Shown piece after piece: positions 9,406 through 15,934 of a stretch of DNA of 27,099 nt; within the stretch, counting starts at the first letter, position 1, and every line of letters begins with the position of its first letter. The DNA lies in the IMG/VR virus record IMGVR_UViG_3300003972_000099, positions 1 through 27,099 of that record; one strand, given 5' to 3'. Origin of the DNA: a virus. Taxonomy: Duplodnaviria; Caudoviricetes. The translations under genes were made by a program, and so were the position numbers. Below the pieces are notes generated by a model, which worked only from the letters and a program-made list of their open reading frames with translations, did not search any database and had not been told where the DNA came from.

Positions 9406-9623
9406 TAGATTTCCTCTGTTTCTAGTTCGTCCCCATACTCGTATTCGTATGAAGAGTCGGTCAGTTCGTTTTCGTCCACAGTCTCGACCGGCGGTAGACA
9501 GTCAAGACATTCCGCCTCTTCGTGCCCGATACGCTCAAACGTTGGTCGGGACGCAAATCGCGCAGGATACTTACCGACCTTGCCCGTCGCAGTGCTGCGG
9601 AACCACTCGAATTCAGTAGCCAT
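9405..9623 (-). CDS. Hypothetical protein (72 aa, CxxC, acidic tail), probably leaderless
   Basis: Fills the gap, TAATG-coupled to the tube gene; TGGTAAACT lies 6 nt upstream of its ATG. Confidence 0.75.
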   Translation of the reverse strand: MATEFEWFRSTATGKVGKYPARFASRPTFERIGHEEAECLDCLPPVETVDENELTDSSYEYEYGDELETEEI

Positions 9624-9629
9624 AGGTAT

Positions 9630-9638
9630 AGTTTACCA
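9630..9638 (-). promoter_or_regulatory. Extended -10 box TGGTAAACT (tube operon, leaderless)
   Basis: 6 nt before ATG 9623. Confidence 0.7.
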
Positions 9639-9649
9639 CGTCCTTTCAT

Positions 9650-10057
9650 TTATTCCGGGATCATATTGGTGAGATATGAATACCCATTCTCCCGGTAGTA
9701 CATCTGCGGGACAGACTCAATTGCGCTGCGAGAACGAGAAACCCCACCTTCTGCAACGATCGGTCCGCTGTCGTACGGGATAAATCCAACAAGAGCGCTT
9801 TTGACACGGTTCTTGATGTCCCTAGCCGCCTTGTCCGTCCTAGAAATGACCTGCACCGTGAAATAGCCGATCATCGTATCGTGACGTACGTTTTCTACGT
9901 GATGGTCGGTTGCAATCCGAATTGGGTCACCGAAATAAACCACGATGTATGGATCACCAGGATCGACACCAGACGGAACCTCGCTCACATACACGCGCGG
10001 GAGAACTGTCTTGATCTGGTCGAGAATGCTTTCTTCAGTCTGTGTCGTATCAATCAT
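9650..10057 (-). CDS. Tail terminator protein
   Basis: 135 aa; VPSGVDPGDPYIVVY...FTVQVIS pattern; position before tube genes; ATGA overlap. Confidence 0.78.
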   Translation of the reverse strand: MIDTTQTEESILDQIKTVLPRVYVSEVPSGVDPGDPYIVVYFGDPIRIATDHHVENVRHDTMIGYFTVQVISRTDKAARDIKNRVKSALVGFIPYDSGPIVAEGGVSRSRSAIESVPQMYYRENGYSYLTNMIPE

Positions 10058-10500
10058 CGTGAACTAGCACCCATCTCACTTCTCATTCGAGCGAAGAACT
10101 TGACCCGCATCTTGATAAAAGCATCGAGCATCGCGTGCATCGGTGGAACGTTTTTACCACTAAGCCAATGCCGGAAACCGTTCTCCTGGTAGTCGAAATA
10201 CTTCTCGTGGGGGCCACCAGCGACACCCCAGCCAAACTCACCACGCACGGACTTTGGGTTCCTATGCACCGCTGACTCAACATTTTTGAGCATCTTACCG
10301 GACTCGATACGACCTTCCTTAATACCGCCGTTACCATCGGAGGCAATACCACGGGTAGCGATATACTGCCGCATCAGGTCTGCGCCTTCGTCGGTCACTT
10401 CTTCCATGATCCGAGCAGCCTGATCCAACTTCTCTTGTGGAAGGTTCTCAATCCTCATTCGGAGTTTCCTCAGATCGCCCCGCCAACTGACTCTAGCCAT
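10054..10500 (-). CDS. Neck / tail completion protein (HK97 gp10-like)
   Basis: GRIESGKMLKNV...FGW...YFDYQENGF...VPPMHAM pattern; start moved to ATG 10500 (MARVSW) downstream of AGGAG. Confidence 0.7.
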   Translation of the reverse strand: MARVSWRGDLRKLRMRIENLPQEKLDQAARIMEEVTDEGADLMRQYIATRGIASDGNGGIKEGRIESGKMLKNVESAVHRNPKSVRGEFGWGVAGGPHEKYFDYQENGFRHWLSGKNVPPMHAMLDAFIKMRVKFFARMRSEMGASSR

Positions 10501-10930
10501 GAACCGTCTCCTGGTTGACCCTTGCTTCAAGAGTGCGCTCGAACGGGTTGGACGAGCCCACGACGCCGTGTAGGACGTACTCGAACTCTGTAAGTGTCGT
10601 GTTGAGTGGGGATGACGTTACCGTGACGAGCATCCCAGGCCGTAGATCATCAGCGAACGCTTCAATAGGAATCTGAAACCGAACACCCCGCACTGTGGAC
10701 GTGTTCCCCGGAGCCTCAGCAGTCAACACTGAGCGGATCGGTTGCACACGGGCCTTACCGGAGTAGTACGTGGTGGTCTCCGCAGTCCATGAGTCAGTGT
10801 CAGGGTCGTACGATGGCTCACCATCAACCTCGTAGATGGCAACCTCGGCCACCATCGCGGACTCAGCAGAAGCCCTGAGTCCGTCCACCCACTTCTGTGT
10901 AAACAGCGGTCGTGTCACGCCCAGGCTCAT
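10493..10930 (-). CDS. Head-to-tail stopper (head closure) protein
   Basis: YDPDTDSW...YSGKARVQ motif; ATGA-coupled start at 10930; synteny. Confidence 0.75.
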   Translation of the reverse strand: MSLGVTRPLFTQKWVDGLRASAESAMVAEVAIYEVDGEPSYDPDTDSWTAETTTYYSGKARVQPIRSVLTAEAPGNTSTVRGVRFQIPIEAFADDLRPGMLVTVTSSPLNTTLTEFEYVLHGVVGSSNPFERTLEARVNQETVHG

Positions 10931-11280
10931 ACGTAGTCCCAAGGTGCGGCTTCAGGTGGTGGTGTCAGCCGAGCAACAGGCGGGAACACGATCTCGAAGT
11001 CGTCGTTGACTGCGCTGAGTGACATCTCTCGCATGTCCTTGGCCCGCTGCATGATGAGCGCGGCTGGCTTGACACCATCAACCGTGAGATCATCGGTCTT
11101 GACGTACTTGTAAGTCAACGCCTGGTCTGTAGCAATAACCTCTAGAGCAAGCGCGGTGGAAAGGAATGGGTCGTCTCCCCCGAGTACGGCAAATGACGCG
11201 ATCTGCTCGTCGCTGAAAATCTGTTCTTCCCCATCACCGAGGTCTGGGATAAGCAAACGAATGTCGTCAGTAATAGCCAT
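10927..11280 (-). CDS. Head-to-tail adaptor
   Basis: IRLLIPD...IFSDEQI...VKTDDLTVDG motif; first connector gene after the capsid cluster. Confidence 0.8.
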   Translation of the reverse strand: MAITDDIRLLIPDLGDGEEQIFSDEQIASFAVLGGDDPFLSTALALEVIATDQALTYKYVKTDDLTVDGVKPAALIMQRAKDMREMSLSAVNDDFEIVFPPVARLTPPPEAAPWDYV

Positions 11281-11315
11281 GTAAGCCTCTTTTCTACAGT
11301 CCTATTCTAGCGTAC

Positions 11316-11397
11316 AAAAGCGGGCCGGGAGCGTAGGGAGGAACGCTACAACCGGCCCGCTAGCGCGGCTCGGGAGGAAGGAGGCAATACACCGCGC
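11316..11397 (-). ncRNA. Candidate 82-nt two-hairpin small RNA with anti-SD (UUCCUCCC) loops
   Basis: Own extended -10 (TGTTAGAAT, 11404-11412) 6 nt upstream; stems GCGCGG/CCGCGC and AGCGGGCCGG/CCGGCCCGCU; terminal UUUU; separate upstream terminator; no start codon at the predicted +1. Confidence 0.65.
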
Positions 11398-11403
11398 AGA
11401 ATC

Positions 11404-11412
11404 ATTCTAACA
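11404..11412 (-). promoter_or_regulatory. Extended -10 box TGTTAGAAT (candidate sRNA promoter)
   Basis: After the terminator, 6 nt before the first stem; a second -10 (CGCTAGAAT, 11304-11312) follows the sRNA U-tract. Confidence 0.7.
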
Positions 11413-11415
11413 CAG

Positions 11416-11441
11416 AAAAGGCCCGCCTGAGCGGACCCTTT
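11416..11441 (-). terminator. Intrinsic terminator after the capsid operon
   Basis: AAAGGGUCCGC-UCAG-GCGGGCCUUUU; the G-U pairs form only on the - strand. Confidence 0.85.
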
Positions 11442-11465
11442 CTTGGTAGCGAAATACATCGAGTA

Positions 11466-11732
11466 TTACTCAGAAGCCATGAGCCCCTGTGCAATGAGGA
11501 GGTCTAGAATCGCTGCAATAGCGGTTCGAGCCTCAGCGTCTTCTGTCTCTCCACCTGTCGGGTCTGCGATGAAGTCCCCAGGAGTCGGAAGAACCGCGAT
11601 GCCAGCGACCGAAGTCGTGGCCTCAGGCAGACTCTCAGAGGGCACCCCGCCCACGACGACCAGAGGCTCAGGAGCGTGGCCGTCAGGGGCGGTCGCAGCA
11701 GCCGTCAGGCTGACTGGACGGGGGGCTGCCAT
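11466..11732 (-). CDS. Small head-associated protein (head fibre-like)
   Basis: Directly after the capsid gene; C-terminal IADPTGG...AIAAILDLLIAQGLMA resembles head-fibre trimerisation helices; start at ATG 11732 or GTG 11738. Confidence 0.6.
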   Translation of the reverse strand: MAAPRPVSLTAAATAPDGHAPEPLVVVGGVPSESLPEATTSVAGIAVLPTPGDFIADPTGGETEDAEARTAIAAILDLLIAQGLMASE

Positions 11733-11734
11733 TA

Positions 11735-12871
11735 TCACTCGCCTGACCCGTCCGACCAGACAACTGCGTTAGCGGTCCACAGGGTACCGTTACCGATGAG
11801 ACGGATACGGAACTCAGCGGAGTCAGTGTCGAAGTCACCCTCGAACGGGCTGACCGCGCCGCCGCCAACGTAGTTACCGGTGAGGTTCTGCACACGGAGT
11901 TCAGGAGCCTCGTGACCGATCAACTGAAGACGCTCAAGCACTGGACGCCGGGTAGCGCCAGGAACAGGAACGAGGTACCACGCATCGCCCGTGACGTACT
12001 CGGACTCTAGCACGGTGATGTCGCTCAGTGGGTTGTACCCAGGGGCGGTGAACGCAAGGCTACCGTCCTGGATGGTGGCGAGGGTCTGGTTGAGAATGAA
12101 GTCCGCGTAAACACCGCGACCGACAGGAACAACCAACTTCCAACCACCGGTTACCTGGATCGGGCGACCGTTGATCGTACGCTGCGAAACCTGATACTTA
12201 GCAGCAATCAGAGCCTCGCGGGAGAGCGGTGCGTTTGCCGGGACTTGTGTGCCGTCAGGGTTGGTGTCCGCAGTCAACTGCTGTGAAGCACTGACGCCGT
12301 TGATGAGAGCCGTGAAGACCTCGTACTCCTCGGTGTCGAGAGCGACCTGAAGCATCTCGTTCGGAAGGTTCCGGAGGAACCCGATGGCGTCGTTGATGAA
12401 CGCCTCGAACGTGAACGCGGTCTTGAAACCACGCTTCTTGACACCAGCACTAGCCGACTCTTCCCCAGCCATCACGCTGTAGGGGTATGGCGCACCCTCG
12501 GGGACCGTAGGAGCAATGTGACGCGGAGAGCCGTCACCTAGAACGCCATCCTCCCACTGACCAACCAGGCTGTAGAGCACCGCCGGACGGAAGTCGGAAA
12601 CGGATCGAGTACCGGCAATCTGGTTCCAGACGCGGGGAGCCTCGTCGTACTGTGGGAGCACGTTGAGGTTGACGAGGTACGCGAGGTTGAGCGATGCGTC
12701 CGAAGTCGTCACCGCCTCCTGAAGCGTCCCCGCAGCAATCCGGTTGCCCCGAAGAGCCTTCTCGACTAGTTCACGCACGGCCTCGACCTTGCGCTTGGTT
12801 ACACCCGCTGGCGGCGTGAGCCGACCGTCAAGGGTGAACCAGTCCTTGTATTCCTTACTCATCGTTATCAT
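11735..12871 (-). CDS. Major capsid protein (HK97 fold, Mu gpT-like)
   Basis: 378 aa; EAVTTSD, RSVSDFRP, VPEGAPY, FTFEAFINDAIG, FEGDFDTD motifs; follows protease and cement genes. Confidence 0.92.
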   Translation of the reverse strand: MITMSKEYKDWFTLDGRLTPPAGVTKRKVEAVRELVEKALRGNRIAAGTLQEAVTTSDASLNLAYLVNLNVLPQYDEAPRVWNQIAGTRSVSDFRPAVLYSLVGQWEDGVLGDGSPRHIAPTVPEGAPYPYSVMAGEESASAGVKKRGFKTAFTFEAFINDAIGFLRNLPNEMLQVALDTEEYEVFTALINGVSASQQLTADTNPDGTQVPANAPLSREALIAAKYQVSQRTINGRPIQVTGGWKLVVPVGRGVYADFILNQTLATIQDGSLAFTAPGYNPLSDITVLESEYVTGDAWYLVPVPGATRRPVLERLQLIGHEAPELRVQNLTGNYVGGGAVSPFEGDFDTDSAEFRIRLIGNGTLWTANAVVWSDGSGE

Positions 12872-13299
12872 GCTCCAATTCGGATGGGGAGAGTGCCCGC
12901 AACCTTGTGATAGTCAGGCGGGTAGTCAACGTGACCGAACAACGTGTTGCCAGAATCTGACAGGGTTAGATCACCACCAGAAGTGATGTAAACCGCCGTG
13001 TCCTGCGGAGTGCTGGTCGGGGCCGGGGTCGTACCGGACGAAACAACACCCTCGAACTCGTACGTGCCGTCAAAAGCGACGGTCGCTGAGTTGGTTGCGT
13101 TACCAACGCCGCCACTCTCAACACCGGAGAGCGTGTAACCCTGCGGGGTCGTGAACGACTTGGTAGCGTCACCGCGAGAGGTCAGCGCAACGGCTGGCCG
13201 TCCACCAATGAGCAGCGGGTCACCGGAAACAGTGCCCTCTGGGACAACGCGCTCGCGGTTGTTGCGAGGGTCGCCACGGTAAACAAGGTTAAGTGCCAT
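12868..13299 (-). CDS. Capsid cement / decoration protein (DUF2190-like)
   Basis: VPEGTVSGDPLLIGGRPAVALT...ATVAFDGTYEF...VYIT...NTLFG pattern; between scaffold and capsid; likely start MALNLVY at 13299. Confidence 0.7.
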   Translation of the reverse strand: MALNLVYRGDPRNNRERVVPEGTVSGDPLLIGGRPAVALTSRGDATKSFTTPQGYTLSGVESGGVGNATNSATVAFDGTYEFEGVVSSGTTPAPTSTPQDTAVYITSGGDLTLSDSGNTLFGHVDYPPDYHKVAGTLPIRIGA

Positions 13300-13306
13300 T
13301 ACTTTC

Positions 13307-13642
13307 TCACCATCCACTTACACGGAAGTCGGTTGTTGCAGCAGAACCCTCACGAACTCGACCGGGGTCTTCGTCAGCAGGGGTGTCCGCCTTTAGTTCC
13401 TCGATGTACTTCTTCTCGGCCTCGATCAGCGCATTGACATCAGCGCCCTCGACCTTTAGACCCTCATAAACCCGCTCCCGTGCAGACTTAGGAAGGCCCG
13501 ACGTAGCGACGGCCTCCGCGACAGCAGCCACGTCGTGGCTGTCCGTCTCTTCGTCGGCAGAAGGAACCGGCTTGAGGGCTTCAATAACAGCAGCAGCAGT
13601 AGCCTCAGCAACCGCCTTGATGTCGTCGGCCTCTAGTGCCAT
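13307..13642 (-). CDS. Probable nested in-frame scaffold protein (111 aa)
   Basis: AAGGAG-AATGGA-ATG internal start in frame with the protease (MALEADDIKAVAE...). Confidence 0.6.
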   Translation of the reverse strand: MALEADDIKAVAEATAAAVIEALKPVPSADEETDSHDVAAVAEAVATSGLPKSARERVYEGLKVEGADVNALIEAEKKYIEELKADTPADEDPGRVREGSAATTDFRVSGW

Positions 13643-14455
13643 TCCATTCTCCTTGTTACTTTCGGTATTCACCGATTCCGTCGTCTGACGGACGCTTACA
13701 TATGTAGTTTCTACTCGGACTTCTTCTGGCTCTCCAAGCAGTTCCACAGCCACATCATCTAAAACAGAATAGGCTTGACGGAAAATGCCGAAATCACCAT
13801 CAGTACTCACATCAAAGTATACTACGTTTTCATTTTCATCGAAGTCACGAACCCAAACGTACTTCTTCTCCGCTCCATGAGTGTCATGCACGAGCGCAGA
13901 CAATTGCTCGCGGCGGTCATTGGCTAGTGCTTCGACGGCCTTGAAACTCTCAAGCATCCGACCGACCTTGCCACCAGCACCAGCGGCAACAACAAAGTCA
14001 ACGCTCGTATACGGGTCGTTCGGGTCGAAGGATTCAACGATGTAGCCCTTGCGGCCTTCGGCTTCTCCCTCGCTGACCTCACCGCTGGCGAAGATCGATA
14101 GGCCAATGGTGTCCTTGTACTCCTCAACGAAGTCAATCCACTTCTCATTGACCTTCATCTGCGCCCATAGTTCGACGCCTTCACCATCTTCACTCTCACG
14201 AACTTCGGGCTCTGAAATAAGTCGCCCCATGATTTTGGTGATATCCCTGCCGTTAGCAAATTCTTCTTCGGTCGGGTGGTTGGCAAACGATGGGCGCCCA
14301 GGTCGGAACGTCTGAGCGGTTGTGGCTGCCTCTAGCAACTGCGGACTGTAGTAACCCGAGGAACCCCATCCGGACTTGATGATGCAAACATCAAAGATGC
14401 CATTACCTTTGGACTGTGGCTTAGTGCCACCAGCCTCATATAAACGACGGCTCAT
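13307..14455 (-). CDS. Capsid maturation protease fused to scaffold
   Basis: IIKSGWGSSGYYS, FANHP, IGLSIFASG, SVDFVVAAGAGGKV motifs; acidic helical C-terminus. Confidence 0.88.
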   Translation of the reverse strand: MSRRLYEAGGTKPQSKGNGIFDVCIIKSGWGSSGYYSPQLLEAATTAQTFRPGRPSFANHPTEEEFANGRDITKIMGRLISEPEVRESEDGEGVELWAQMKVNEKWIDFVEEYKDTIGLSIFASGEVSEGEAEGRKGYIVESFDPNDPYTSVDFVVAAGAGGKVGRMLESFKAVEALANDRREQLSALVHDTHGAEKKYVWVRDFDENENVVYFDVSTDGDFGIFRQAYSVLDDVAVELLGEPEEVRVETTYVSVRQTTESVNTESNKENGMALEADDIKAVAEATAAAVIEALKPVPSADEETDSHDVAAVAEAVATSGLPKSARERVYEGLKVEGADVNALIEAEKKYIEELKADTPADEDPGRVREGSAATTDFRVSGW

Positions 14456-14479
14456 CAAATTACCCCATTCATCCTATGC

Positions 14480-14488
14480 ATTTTATCA
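14480..14488 (-). promoter_or_regulatory. Extended -10 box TGATAAAAT (protease/capsid operon)
   Basis: Built on the portal TGA stop. Confidence 0.6.
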
Positions 14489-15919
14489 CGATTCTCTGCT
14501 GGCATCGTCGTCATGGTTCGTAACACCCTGATTCGTTCCTCCGGGCACAACGCCGGTATTACCTTGCGCCGCTACTGACTTGGCAAGTCGCTCTTCACGA
14601 GCAGCCGGTGACTCAGGAAGTTCCAGGTGTTTCTTCTGCACGTCAAGAATTTCCAGAACCGTATCGCGGTACTCGTCCTGGTGGATAGCGCCGGTCTCGT
14701 AAGCCAAACTGAGAGATGCCTGGTTCCGGTAGGTCGGGTCTTGCGTGATGTTCGGGAATGATGCACGTCCATTGGGCGAACCGATGTCCGCGAGGATTTC
14801 CTCGTAGAACAACTTCCACGAGTCCTGAATTGCCTTCATGCCGTTCAGGGTCGGCTCATCGAGCGTCTGTGCAGCACCGTAGGAACCACCGGTAGCGCCA
14901 GGGGACGACAGCAGAGCGATGACCGGAACACCGAAAGACGCAGCCACGAGAGCAGCAAGAGGCTGCCCGTTGTTGAAGTCAACTTGCGCGCTGGGAACAC
15001 CGACGCTGGACAACTGGTTTCCGCTGCCCATGACCGCTGTGCCACCGATGCCTGTCTGAGTAGCCACCTGCATCGCTGCGTTGCTCTGCCCCGGCTTCGT
15101 AGACGTTGTAACAGCCCATGCCAACTGAGACAGGGCCTTGACCAACTGAGCGTTGTCAGTCAGGTAGTTCGTGTATGCCACCGACCACACGGCAGCGGCC
15201 AATGAGTCCGGCACTCCATAGGTCCACCCGGATTGTCGCTTCGTGGTGTGGTGGTACATGACGGCGCTCTGCGCCACAGGCACCTTTTCACCACCAATTG
15301 TGATCGTTTCCGGTAGTTTCGCACCCCGTCGTCCCCTTCCGACAATCGACTTCTTGTATCGAGCAATCGGGTACCAACGCTTGCGCGTCTCCTTACCGTC
15401 ATTCCACTGACGCAGGAAGTACCGAACTTTCGATGGGTCGTCTGGGTCTGTAATGTCGGCCTGAATCTGGCTGATCGGAACAACAGTGAAGATGTTGGTG
15501 TTCTCGTCCCGAATGACAAACAGGTTGCCGTCAGTGAATAACGCGAGGTTGTTGGTCTCATACGCCTGAACCGAGAACAACTTCTCTCGGTTGTACGGGT
15601 TGTCGATGATTTTCTGCGTCTTCTCTTCGATGTCGGTGAAGTTGATACCGCGCCCGAACACGTACGAGTGGCGTAATTGAGCGCCCCGAACATGCAGCGG
15701 GTTAATAGCAGCAGCATCGCGCAACTTCTCGGAGATGTGATCCCGCAAAGTCTCTAGAGACAGACCTGTTTGATCTGGGGACTTGCCGTTAAGCGGAATC
15801 CAACCGATGTCCTCGATGTCGAGAACCCGCCGGTCCATAGATTCCTTCAGAAATTCGATCTCCTGCACAGCCGCGCGGAAATCATTGACTAAACGTTCCG
15901 CAGTAGTGGCATTTACCAT
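14486..15919 (-). CDS. Portal protein
   Basis: 477 aa directly after the terminase; LDIEDIGW, NPLHVRGAQLRHSYVFGRG, DGNLF, GWTYGVPD, VAASFGVP motifs. Confidence 0.92.
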   Translation of the reverse strand: MVNATTAERLVNDFRAAVQEIEFLKESMDRRVLDIEDIGWIPLNGKSPDQTGLSLETLRDHISEKLRDAAAINPLHVRGAQLRHSYVFGRGINFTDIEEKTQKIIDNPYNREKLFSVQAYETNNLALFTDGNLFVIRDENTNIFTVVPISQIQADITDPDDPSKVRYFLRQWNDGKETRKRWYPIARYKKSIVGRGRRGAKLPETITIGGEKVPVAQSAVMYHHTTKRQSGWTYGVPDSLAAAVWSVAYTNYLTDNAQLVKALSQLAWAVTTSTKPGQSNAAMQVATQTGIGGTAVMGSGNQLSSVGVPSAQVDFNNGQPLAALVAASFGVPVIALLSSPGATGGSYGAAQTLDEPTLNGMKAIQDSWKLFYEEILADIGSPNGRASFPNITQDPTYRNQASLSLAYETGAIHQDEYRDTVLEILDVQKKHLELPESPAAREERLAKSVAAQGNTGVVPGGTNQGVTNHDDDASRES

Positions 15920-15925
15920 ATCAAG

Positions 15926-15934
15926 ACCTTATCA
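15926..15934 (-). promoter_or_regulatory. Extended -10 box TGATAAGGT (portal, leaderless)
   Basis: Built on the terL stop; 6 nt before ATG 15919. Confidence 0.6.

Noticed and set aside
11316-11397. tRNA, CRISPR repeat or simple double terminator interpretation of the hairpins
   Set aside because: No cloverleaf, T-loop or CCA; no repeat-spacer periodicity; hairpin 1 has a large loop with no U-tract, and a separate terminator already lies upstream
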